NCBI GenBank assembly: GCA_937875955.1
Contig: CALFHE010000016.1
Coordinates: forward strand, 15,712 to 79,711
Length of the DNA: 64,000 bases
Reading direction: 5' to 3'
Origin: an uncultured Candidatus Saccharibacteria bacterium
Lineage (GTDB): Bacteria; Patescibacteriota; Saccharimonadia; Saccharimonadales; Saccharimonadaceae
A program made the position numbers and the translations under genes. Under the pieces are notes generated by a model. That model worked only from the letters and a program-made list of their open reading frames with translations. It was not told the origin of the DNA and ran no database searches. Of the stretch, positions 1-8,806 are shown piece by piece. The number at the start of each line of letters is the position of its first letter. Position 1 is the first letter of the stretch.

Positions 1-1
1 T

Positions 2-1222
2 ATCGATAAACTATACGGCGCAACTCTAAGAAACTGGGACAACAAGTTTATGGGCGCCATCAATATTCGAAGAGCGTTAGCTCTATCCCGAAACGTTCCA
101 GCCATTAAAGCCGCTTACATTGTTGGCGACGGATCCGCTAAGCCTGTCGTCGAGGGGATTCGCAGAATGGGCGACACCAACTATTGCCGCCAGGAAGAAA
201 ATGCCGGCGGTTACGGACTCGGTGCAGCAATCGGCGCATGTGGAACCAAACAAACAGAATTGGTGAACGCCTACTCAACATTGGCGCGAATGGGAGTTCA
301 AAAAGACGTCTCAAGCGTGATTGAAGTAAAGAATAGCCAAGGTGAAACTCTGAAAAAATGGAAAGATGAAGGCAAGCAAGTTATCGATTCGCAATCAGCA
401 TACATCGTGAACGACATCTTGTCCGACCAAACTCCTGGACTTCATGGCTGGATGGGTGTCAATGGCGTTCGAACCTCTGCAAAAACCGGTACGTCAGACA
501 AGGGATCGCAGCCAAAAGACCTTTGGATTGTTAATTACAGCCCAGCTCTGGTTATGGGAATGTGGCTCGGAAACTCCGACACTAGCGTGATTGGTACATC
601 AGCCTCCAACTACGGCATGCCGGTAATTAGAAGCGTTATGGAATTTGCCCACACCCAAGTTTACGCCAAAGAAGGCAAATGGAAGTCAGGTCAATGGTAC
701 GAGAGACCAAGCGGAATCCAAACTGTCAACGGCGAACTCTACCCGTCATGGTGGAATAAGAGGCAAAGTCAATCTACAGAAAAAATCACCTTTGATAAAG
801 TCTCTAAGAAAAAGGCGACAAACTGTACTCCGGATGGCGCAAAGGAAGAGATTGAGGTAACAAAGATTATCGATCCTTTGACTAAGAAAGAATCAATTAC
901 CGTCCCTTCAGGCTACGACGCAAACGCAGAAGATGACGTTCACAAGTGCGACGACACTAAACCGCAAATTGGAGCAATATCATACACCAACAGCGGTAAG
1001 AAATATACGATAAGTGTTGATGTTACAGCAGGAACTTGGGGCTTATCGGCAATCGAAATTACCGTGGATGGAAAGAGCATTAAGAGTTCAGAAATTACTT
1101 CAAGCGGCAAGCAGACCGCCACAGTAGAACTTGATACAGCAGGATCGCACACAGTTTCTGTAACTGTAAGAGACTCTGCATATTACACCGCCACTTCAAC
1201 TGGCAGCATTCAAGTCAACTAA
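2..1222 (+). CDS. Penicillin-binding protein, transpeptidase/C-terminal part (5' end lies outside the window)
   Basis: The reading frame is open from the window edge. SRN (SxN) and KTGTS (KTG) PBP active-site motifs are present, followed by a Thr/Ser-rich C-terminal tail. Confidence 0.8.
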   Translation: MDKLYGATLRNWDNKFMGAINIRRALALSRNVPAIKAAYIVGDGSAKPVVEGIRRMGDTNYCRQEENAGGYGLGAAIGACGTKQTELVNAYSTLARMGVQKDVSSVIEVKNSQGETLKKWKDEGKQVIDSQSAYIVNDILSDQTPGLHGWMGVNGVRTSAKTGTSDKGSQPKDLWIVNYSPALVMGMWLGNSDTSVIGTSASNYGMPVIRSVMEFAHTQVYAKEGKWKSGQWYERPSGIQTVNGELYPSWWNKRQSQSTEKITFDKVSKKKATNCTPDGAKEEIEVTKIIDPLTKKESITVPSGYDANAEDDVHKCDDTKPQIGAISYTNSGKKYTISVDVTAGTWGLSAIEITVDGKSIKSSEITSSGKQTATVELDTAGSHTVSVTVRDSAYYTATSTGSIQVN

Positions 1223-1227
1223 ATAAA

Positions 1228-2034
1228 CTATTGTTTATTCACCAAATTAATCAGCTCAGCCTCGTGTTGAGCTGATGTTTTTGAGCGACCATTTGTGCGC
1301 TTTCTAGGAACGCTGGTCTTCTGCTTTACAGGTTTTTTCTGTTCAGCCACAAGCTTCGCAAACATCATTTTTCCAGCGTCAGTCTGCAAGCTTCGGATGA
1401 TCTCAATCTTCTTCGTTTGTCCAATGTAACGCTTGGCATTCTCGACAACCACCATCGTTCCATCTTTCAAATAGCCAACTGCTTGATGAGAATCTTGCCC
1501 CTTCTGCGACAGTTCTAAATCCAGCTCGTCACCAGGCAAATAACTCATCCTCAAACTTTTCGCCAGCTCATTGATATTCAAAACCTTAACGCCGTCAACT
1601 TGCGCCACCTTATTCAAATTGTAATCAAGCGTCAGCACTGCCGCGTCCATCTCCTTTGCCAATTTCAACAAGCGAGAATCCACGCCTTCAGGGACGCGAA
1701 TATTGTCGTCATATAGCTCAAATGAAGACTTCAAAATATCCTTGAGCTCCTTCACGACATCCATGCCGAATCGCGCTCTTTCACGCTTGTCATGGTCTGC
1801 ACCGTCGGCTAATAATTGCAGCTCAGTCAAAACACTCCTTGGTACGATAATTTTGCCCAGCAGAAATCCAGTCTTCGCTAGTTCAGTCACTCGCCCGTCC
1901 ATGAGTACTGATGTGTCGACCAAAATCGGTGCCGCGCCTACCGACGAATTTCGTCGCGGTTTTGCCAAGAAATAAACTTCGGCCGCCAAGCCAAGCAACA
2001 TTATAATTATTATCAATCCGTAAAAATCTTTCAC
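1228..2034 (-). CDS. PIN/TRAM-domain protein (YacL-like) with N-terminal membrane anchor
   Basis: N-terminal TM helix, then a PIN-like start (ILVDTSVLMDGR) and a TRAM-like C-terminal part. It lies directly downstream of radA, as in many Gram-positive bacteria. Confidence 0.65.
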   Translation of the reverse strand: MKDFYGLIIIIMLLGLAAEVYFLAKPRRNSSVGAAPILVDTSVLMDGRVTELAKTGFLLGKIIVPRSVLTELQLLADGADHDKRERARFGMDVVKELKDILKSSFELYDDNIRVPEGVDSRLLKLAKEMDAAVLTLDYNLNKVAQVDGVKVLNINELAKSLRMSYLPGDELDLELSQKGQDSHQAVGYLKDGTMVVVENAKRYIGQTKKIEIIRSLQTDAGKMMFAKLVAEQKKPVKQKTSVPRKRTNGRSKTSAQHEAELINLVNKQ

Positions 2035-2045
2035 TTTTTCCCTTT

Positions 2046-3395
2046 CTATTGTAAATAGTCAATTAGCGCCTGCCGCATATCGCTGACGCCTTTTATAAAT
2101 TTATCTTTATGAACTTTTGGCGCAATCGCATAAGTGAAGCCCAGTTTCTTCGCCTCTTTAATTCGAGCTTGCCAATTCGTCGCCGAGCGAACCTCGCCAC
2201 CCAAACCAATCTCGCCAAACACCACAGCATCTTCATCCAGACTTCGCCCAGCGCTAGCGCTAGCAATCGCCATCGCCACCGCCAAATCAGCCGCTGGATC
2301 ATTCAGCTTTAATCCGCCAACCACATTGACATAAATGTCTTTGTCCGCCAATTTCAACTTCGTTCGCTTCTCTAAAACTGCCACCAACAAATTCAATCGA
2401 TTCAGATCAAAACCGCTCGCCGTGCGCTTAGGATAGCCAAAATTCGTCGGATTAACTAGCGCCTGAATTTCCACCAAGAGCGGACGTGCGCCTTCCATGG
2501 TCGCCAGCACAATTGACCCATCCAGATTCTGACGCTCCGCCAGAAGTTCCGCCGACGGATTCTTCACGATTCTTAGCCCCTGCTCATCCATCTCAAAAAT
2601 TGCCGCTTCGTTAGTCGAACCATATCGATTCTTCTGCGCCCGAACAACTCGAAAACCACCATATCGATCGCCCTCAAAATTCAGCACAACGTCCACCAAA
2701 TGCTCTAATATTTTCGGACCAGCAATCGAACCCTCTTTGGTTACGTGACCAACCAAAATCACCGCCGTGCCCGAAGCTTTGGCAGCACGAATAATTACAT
2801 TTGACGAGTTGGTGATCTGACTAACCGACCCCGGAGCCGAAGAAATCTCACTGAGAGAAATTGTCTGAACCGAATCGACAATTGCCAGATCATATCCGCC
2901 TTGCTGAATTGACGCCGCAATATCTTCCGCGCTATTACTGGACGCCAGCTGCATTTTTTCCGAATCAGCCGCACCCAAACGCTCCGCACGAAGCTTCACT
3001 TGAGAAACCGATTCCTCACCACTTACATATAACACCGATTTTGTCTTGGCGATATGTGCCGCAACTTGTGCCAACAGCGTACTTTTCCCGATTCCCGGCT
3101 GACCCGCCACCAGCACCACGCCGCCAACCAGAAAACCGCCGCCCAAAACAGCGTCCAAATCGTCAATTCCAGTGCTTAATCTTTCTAGTCCAGACTCAGA
3201 GACAGTCTCACGAATACTAGACGTTTTCAAGGCTTTGCCGCGCCCAGCCGATTTATCGACAACAGATGACCCGCCAGAAGAAACGACCTGCTCGACTAGC
3301 GAATTCCATTCCCCGCAATTTTCACACCTGCCAGCCCACTTTGAAAAACTAGCCCCGCACTGCTGACAAACAAATTGACTTCTAACTTTCGCCAT
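2046..3395 (-). CDS. radA: DNA repair protein RadA
   Basis: N-terminal zinc ribbon CQQCG...CENCGEWNS, Walker A GQPGIGKST, and a Lon-like C-terminal domain. Confidence 0.95.
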   Translation of the reverse strand: MAKVRSQFVCQQCGASFSKWAGRCENCGEWNSLVEQVVSSGGSSVVDKSAGRGKALKTSSIRETVSESGLERLSTGIDDLDAVLGGGFLVGGVVLVAGQPGIGKSTLLAQVAAHIAKTKSVLYVSGEESVSQVKLRAERLGAADSEKMQLASSNSAEDIAASIQQGGYDLAIVDSVQTISLSEISSAPGSVSQITNSSNVIIRAAKASGTAVILVGHVTKEGSIAGPKILEHLVDVVLNFEGDRYGGFRVVRAQKNRYGSTNEAAIFEMDEQGLRIVKNPSAELLAERQNLDGSIVLATMEGARPLLVEIQALVNPTNFGYPKRTASGFDLNRLNLLVAVLEKRTKLKLADKDIYVNVVGGLKLNDPAADLAVAMAIASASAGRSLDEDAVVFGEIGLGGEVRSATNWQARIKEAKKLGFTYAIAPKVHKDKFIKGVSDMRQALIDYLQ

Positions 3396-4375
3396 TATTT
3401 CGCCCCCTCCAAACTATCCAAACTTTTGTTCAACTCATCAATCTGCACGCCTAATTCCCTGAGCCGCAAAACGTCAGAATTGTAAGAATTGATCTCAGAA
3501 TTCAAATTGGCACGCCTTTCGTTCAACTCCGAGAGTTCCGCCTTCAAGGCTTGGCGTTGACTATAAAAATCACTCTGCGACAAAAATCCGCCACTAACGC
3601 CCGCTCGCCGATTAAAGTCCGCCACGCGACTATTATAATCCGCCAGATCAGTTGAATATTGCGATAATTCTCTGTTCAGTTTTTCCTTTCGAACCTTCAA
3701 CGACTCGCTCAATTTCTGCGCTTCATTTTCTCTGGATTCAAATTTTTCTTGATATTGCGCGTGCAATTTCACGACTTCGGATCTATCAGTAAAATACCGT
3801 CGATAATATTCTTCCAGCTCATCGCCCAAATTGGCAAATTCCGTCCCTAAAATCGAATGCAACTCGTTAGCTCTCGTCCCAGGTTGCGCACGATCATAAT
3901 ATTCCATACGCTCGGACAATTTCTTATTTTTCACATTATTATAAGCCTGCTCCAAAAGCTCGCTCAAATGAGATTTTTCCGACGTACCCAGCCTTTCCCA
4001 GGCAGCGTGCAACATCTCATGCGCCGCCGTCACTTCCTTCACGCCGTCAAGCTCAGAATTGGTCACGTTATAAATATAAATATCCCTAGACGACGGATTG
4101 TAACAACCCAAAATCGCATTTCCCTTTTCCACGCGACGGCAATCTTCGTTAAATTCGTTCGCCGATTTAATCTGCGGATTAGAAACATAGAACATTTTTC
4201 TGCCAGTGTTTGACATTTTCACGCGGTCAGCAATAGCGACAATTTCCGCACTCGGCTTATATTGCCACAGCGTAATCTCATCAATAATTTGCTGACGATT
4301 CGCCATCACAAAAACCGCAACAGAAAGTACAATTATCGGCGTAAGGACGCTGAATATTTTACGCACGCTTGACAT
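3395..4375 (-). CDS. Membrane-anchored protein with HExxH motif and long coiled-coil C-terminus (function unknown)
   Basis: N-terminal TM segment, AAHEMLHAAW (HExxH), and a heptad-like charged C-terminal half. It overlaps the clpC stop and the radA start, which suggests translational coupling. Confidence 0.55.
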   Translation of the reverse strand: MSSVRKIFSVLTPIIVLSVAVFVMANRQQIIDEITLWQYKPSAEIVAIADRVKMSNTGRKMFYVSNPQIKSANEFNEDCRRVEKGNAILGCYNPSSRDIYIYNVTNSELDGVKEVTAAHEMLHAAWERLGTSEKSHLSELLEQAYNNVKNKKLSERMEYYDRAQPGTRANELHSILGTEFANLGDELEEYYRRYFTDRSEVVKLHAQYQEKFESRENEAQKLSESLKVRKEKLNRELSQYSTDLADYNSRVADFNRRAGVSGGFLSQSDFYSQRQALKAELSELNERRANLNSEINSYNSDVLRLRELGVQIDELNKSLDSLEGAK

Positions 4376-6815
4376 TAATCACCACCTTATCATTATCAAT
4401 TTTAGCCTCCAGCGTATCGCCAGGTTTTGCTTTATTGGACAGTAAAACATCACTCAATGGATCCGCCAGTTCCGACTGAATTGTTCGCCTCAAAACTCGC
4501 ACGCCGCGTTGCTCGTCAAATCCCCGATCAATCAACCAACGCTTCGCCGAAGAAGTGATATCAAGAGTCACTCCATGTTGAGCAACAGCCTTGACCAAAT
4601 CAGACGTGAGATTGTCAAAAATCTTTCGCACGACCGAACGAGACAGCGGCTTAAACGTAATCACGTTATCAAATCGACCAATCAATTCTGGACGCAAAAA
4701 TTCCTCAAGCTCACGCAGAGCGGCGCGTGAATTTTTCTCGTGACGAGTTTCGCTAGCCGACTTTTTTTGCCCAGACATACCAAATCCCAGCTCCGAATCC
4801 TGAATCATTTGCTCAGCGCCGACATTGCTTGTCAATATGACAATCGTCTGCCGAAAACTCACCGTTCGCCCGTGAGAATCGCTCAGCTTGCCATCCTCCA
4901 AAATCTGCAAAAGCAAATTCAGAACGTCAGGATGTGCCTTTTCAATTTCATCAAACAACACCACGCTATACGGTCGACGACGAACTTTATCCGTTAATTT
5001 CCCGCCGTCCTCATAGCCAACATAACCAGCCGGCGCACCGACAAGACGACTAGCCGTGTGACGCTCAGAAAACTCGCTCATGTCAATTTTAATCAAACTA
5101 TCCTCGCCACCAAAAACTTCCCGCGCCAGAACTCGCGCCAATTCCGTCTTTCCAACTCCAGTCGGACCCAGAAAGATAAACGACCCAAGCGGCCCACTCT
5201 GACGATTTAGCCCAGCTTTATTGCGGCGAATCGCGCGCGCCAGTTGCTCAATCGCCTCATCCTGACCAAGAACACTCTGGCTCAGTCGTTTTTCCAAGCG
5301 AATCAAATCTTTCATCTGATTTAACGATAATCTGTCAATCGGAATATTCGTCATCGCCGAAACCGCCCGACGCAAATATTCGTCAGTCAACATAGGTTTA
5401 TCACTGGCTTCATCCGTCAGCGCTTCGGCTTGTAATTCCAATTGCCTCATTTGCATCTTAAATTCTGCGGCTTTTTCATAATCCTCAGCCTCGACCACGG
5501 CGTCAATTTTTCCAGCCAATCGCTTAATTTGGCGAGCCAACTTATCCTTGCGCGACAATTTTATTGGCGAACTAGACTTTAATAAACTCGCCGCCTCGTC
5601 AATCACGTCAATCGCCTTATCTGGCAAAAATCGCTCCGTCACGTAACGCTGACTCAAATCCACCGCCTCAGTCAGCATTTCGTCAGGAATTTGAACTTGA
5701 TGATGCTTAGCTAATTTTCCTCTCAAACCTCGCATCATCTCCACTGCCTCTTCCGATGATGGCTCATTGACCGTCACCGATTGGAAACGCCGTGACAACG
5801 CAGCGTCCTTTTCGATATGTTTTCGATATTCATCAAACGTCGTCGCGCCAATTAGTCTCACTTCACCTCGCGACAACGCTGGCTTCAATACATTCGCCGC
5901 GTCCATCGAGCCTTCAGCCGAACCAGCGCCAACCAACAGATGTAATTCGTCAATAAACAAAATAACTTCTTGATGTTTTTTGGCGACCGCTAGAACTTTT
6001 TGCAATCGCTCCTCAAATTGCCCGCGATATTTCGTCCCCGCAATCATCGCCGTCAAATCCAATTGAAAAAGTCGCTTGCCCTTCAAAAATTCGGGAACTT
6101 TATTATCAGCAATCCTTTGCGCCAATCCTTCAACGACCGCAGTTTTACCGACGCCAGGTTCGCCAATTAGCGCTGGATTATTCTTGCTCCGCCGACCCAA
6201 AATCGTGATCATTCGCTGAATTTCCGACGCTCGACCAATCACCGGATCCAAAAATCCTTCGCTGGCACGCCGCGTCAAATCGACACCGAATTTCTCCAAA
6301 ACTCGCAAATCGCCAGAATTTTTACTTGTCGTGCTGCGCTCGCTCTGCAGAGATTCAAATTGCTGTTTATCGAACACGTCTTCCAGATTTCCACGCAGAT
6401 TGTCAATGTCAACATTCATATCTCGCAGCAATTTAGTCGCTCGCGCCTCGTGCTGCTGCAGCATTCCATAAACTATGTGTTCCGTGCCAATTTTTTCCTG
6501 CCCAAATTCAACCGCTAATTGCCAAGCAATTCTTATCAATTCAACAACTTCAGCGCTCAAACCCTTACTGACAATCGTAATCACCAGCGGCTTTGCGGTC
6601 AGATTCAACGCCATTTCCGCACGATCCAAAGTTACGCCGTTTTCAGCCAAAATCTTCGCGCCTAGCGACGAATTTTGTGCCAACACACCAAGCAAAATAT
6701 GCTCCGTGCCGACATATTCACTCCCCTCATTATGCGCCAGAAAACCAGCCCGCCCCAAACTGGCCCGAGCCGTTTCCGTCAGCCGAGGTTCTAATTCAGA
6801 AAAATCTTCTGACAT
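4359..6815 (-). CDS. clpC: AAA+ chaperone ATPase ClpC (Clp/Hsp100 family)
   Basis: Clp_N repeats, two Walker A sites ([16 protein letters not shown]) and a UVR-like linker. I chose the start at MSEDF (6815), which is preceded by AAGGAGGG. Confidence 0.9.
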   Translation of the reverse strand: MSEDFSELEPRLTETARASLGRAGFLAHNEGSEYVGTEHILLGVLAQNSSLGAKILAENGVTLDRAEMALNLTAKPLVITIVSKGLSAEVVELIRIAWQLAVEFGQEKIGTEHIVYGMLQQHEARATKLLRDMNVDIDNLRGNLEDVFDKQQFESLQSERSTTSKNSGDLRVLEKFGVDLTRRASEGFLDPVIGRASEIQRMITILGRRSKNNPALIGEPGVGKTAVVEGLAQRIADNKVPEFLKGKRLFQLDLTAMIAGTKYRGQFEERLQKVLAVAKKHQEVILFIDELHLLVGAGSAEGSMDAANVLKPALSRGEVRLIGATTFDEYRKHIEKDAALSRRFQSVTVNEPSSEEAVEMMRGLRGKLAKHHQVQIPDEMLTEAVDLSQRYVTERFLPDKAIDVIDEAASLLKSSSPIKLSRKDKLARQIKRLAGKIDAVVEAEDYEKAAEFKMQMRQLELQAEALTDEASDKPMLTDEYLRRAVSAMTNIPIDRLSLNQMKDLIRLEKRLSQSVLGQDEAIEQLARAIRRNKAGLNRQSGPLGSFIFLGPTGVGKTELARVLAREVFGGEDSLIKIDMSEFSERHTASRLVGAPAGYVGYEDGGKLTDKVRRRPYSVVLFDEIEKAHPDVLNLLLQILEDGKLSDSHGRTVSFRQTIVILTSNVGAEQMIQDSELGFGMSGQKKSASETRHEKNSRAALRELEEFLRPELIGRFDNVITFKPLSRSVVRKIFDNLTSDLVKAVAQHGVTLDITSSAKRWLIDRGFDEQRGVRVLRRTIQSELADPLSDVLLSNKAKPGDTLEAKIDNDKVVINVKRA

Positions 6816-6855
6816 ATCGCCCTCCTTTCGTTTTCGGCGATTCGCAGAAGGCAGC

Positions 6856-7977
6856 TTATTCCGCCACCTCCTCAACTACGCTCATCAAGCTATCCTCAAT
6901 ATTCTTTCGAGGTTTTGGCTCTGCCTTAACAGGAGCTTTTGCTTCGATATCTAATTCATAGCCAGTCAATCGACTTGCCAAGCGAACATTCTGTCCAGCG
7001 CGACCAATTGCTATTGATTGCTGATCTTCGCTAACATAAACCGTCGCACGCTTCTCGTCTTCATTGACAGTCACACTCAAAACCTCTGCCGGACTCATCG
7101 CATTAGCAATAAATCCAGCCGCATCTTCCTCATATGGAATAATGTCAATTTTTTCCTGCTCGCCAATTTCATTCATCACAGCCTGAACGCGGGCACCGTG
7201 ACCACCAACAAACGTACCAACCGGATCAACGCCAGGTAGCGCTGAAGAAACCGCCAATTTGGTTCGGCGACCAGCTTCGCGAGCGATTGCCTTAATTTCA
7301 ACCGCGCCAGTTTCCATCTCTGGGACTTCTTGATTGAACAAGAATCGCACAAACTCTTCATTGCCGCGGCTAAGAATCAATTGCGGACCGCGACCTTCGC
7401 GCTCAATGTCCTTAATGTAAACCTTAATTCGACGACCAACGCCGTAATATTCGCCAGGAATTTGCTCGCTCTGAGGCATAATTCCGACAGCCTTACCCAG
7501 CTCAATTCGCACAACGCGTGGCTCAACTCGCTGAACTGTACCGATAACAACCGTACCGATCTTATCCTCAAATTCCGCCAAAACAACTTCACGCTCAGCT
7601 TCACGCAAACGCTGCAAAATCACTTGCTTAGCAGTCTGAGCCGCAACTCGACCAAAAGTCGTCACGTTATGAGTTTCTATCACAACTTCACCGCCAAGTT
7701 CAGCCGCAGGATCTATCTCCTTAGCTTCCTCTAGGTCGATTTGATTGGCGTCATTCTCAACTTCTTCAACAACAGTTTTAACAACCGACACGACAGCCGT
7801 ACCGTTATTGATATTCAAGCTAGCACGAACCAACTGATCTCGCGTGCCGTTATCACGACGCCAAGCCGCCGCAATCGCCTGCTCAATCACGCTCAAAACT
7901 GTTTCTTCTGGCAAGTTTTTTTCCTCAGCAATCGTACGCACTGCCAACGTCAACTGCTTGATATTCAAATCTTCCAT
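6856..7977 (-). CDS. nusA: Transcription termination/antitermination factor NusA
   Basis: N-terminal domain, S1 and two KH-like regions, followed by a short Lys-rich tail. Confidence 0.9.
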   Translation of the reverse strand: MEDLNIKQLTLAVRTIAEEKNLPEETVLSVIEQAIAAAWRRDNGTRDQLVRASLNINNGTAVVSVVKTVVEEVENDANQIDLEEAKEIDPAAELGGEVVIETHNVTTFGRVAAQTAKQVILQRLREAEREVVLAEFEDKIGTVVIGTVQRVEPRVVRIELGKAVGIMPQSEQIPGEYYGVGRRIKVYIKDIEREGRGPQLILSRGNEEFVRFLFNQEVPEMETGAVEIKAIAREAGRRTKLAVSSALPGVDPVGTFVGGHGARVQAVMNEIGEQEKIDIIPYEEDAAGFIANAMSPAEVLSVTVNEDEKRATVYVSEDQQSIAIGRAGQNVRLASRLTGYELDIEAKAPVKAEPKPRKNIEDSLMSVVEEVAE

Positions 7978-8035
7978 TACATTCTCCTTCTTATTAATTA
8001 TATCTTTTTCCGTCTCAAACTTCCATAAACGAAAA

Positions 8036-8066
8036 ACTCCGACCTGCCGGCCGGATTAGTACTTTT
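8036..8066 (-). terminator. Putative intrinsic terminator downstream of the nuclease gene
   Basis: On the minus strand a GC-rich palindrome (CCGGCCGGCAGGTCGGAG) is followed by TTTTTCG. Confidence 0.4.
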
Positions 8067-8093
8067 CTATTGTAGCGGAAAGATTTTATTCTG

Positions 8094-8786
8094 TCAATTT
8101 ACTTCCGCGCACTTTTCCAAAATTCCCGACATCGCGCCTTTCTCGGCTTCCGTTACCCACAAGCGATATTTGCGTTTCACAGCCACTTGTCGCGCAATAT
8201 ATTGACACCTAAAAGATTTATTACTCGGCAGCCAAGTTGCCGCGTCGCCGTCACCTTTGGCTTGGTTCGCTGGACCATCAACCGCTAATAAATTTAACGG
8301 ATCATTCGCTAATTTCTCTCGCTCTTCTGGAGAAATTTGCTGCGCGCCCTTTTGCCAAGCATCGCTCAAAGCCACGACGTGATCAATCTGAACCTTAGAA
8401 CTGTTTTTTTCACCGCGCTGAAATTGGATTGTTTGACCAGTGTACGGATCATTCAATATACCCGACAAAACTCGACATTTTTCATCAATTTTCTCATCCG
8501 TCAAATCTCGCGCCAGAATCACTTCTCGTACGGAACAGCCGTTAATTTTGCCCCAGCCATTGCCGAATTGTTTTCTAGAATAACCAGTCTTTGGCGCACG
8601 TCCTTTAACTTCTATCTTTTCCAATTCCGATTTGACGTTCGAATTGCCAAATAATTCTCGTTGCGTTGAAGTTTGAATTGTCTGAGGTTCGGGTTGTGAG
8701 ATTCGCGAAGCCCAAACCGCCACGCCGACTATCAAAATTACCAGCGCAATCACCACTTGCCGACGTCGTATTTTATTCACCCTCAT
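8094..8786 (-). CDS. Membrane-anchored/secreted DUF1524 (HNH/His-Me finger-like) nuclease family protein
   Basis: N-terminal TM or signal anchor, plus QIDHVVALSDAW and DGPANQAKGDGDAATWLP motifs typical of the DUF1524 C-terminal nuclease domain. Confidence 0.6.
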   Translation of the reverse strand: MRVNKIRRRQVVIALVILIVGVAVWASRISQPEPQTIQTSTQRELFGNSNVKSELEKIEVKGRAPKTGYSRKQFGNGWGKINGCSVREVILARDLTDEKIDEKCRVLSGILNDPYTGQTIQFQRGEKNSSKVQIDHVVALSDAWQKGAQQISPEEREKLANDPLNLLAVDGPANQAKGDGDAATWLPSNKSFRCQYIARQVAVKRKYRLWVTEAEKGAMSGILEKCAEVN

Positions 8787-8794
8787 GACTGTAT

Positions 8795-8800
8795 TATAAT
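8795..8800 (+). promoter_or_regulatory. -10 box (TATAAT) placed 6 nt before the pepN ATG; leaderless signature
   Basis: TATAAT at 8795-8800, ATG at 8807, with no SD in between. Confidence 0.5.
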
Positions 8801-8806
8801 TAAACT

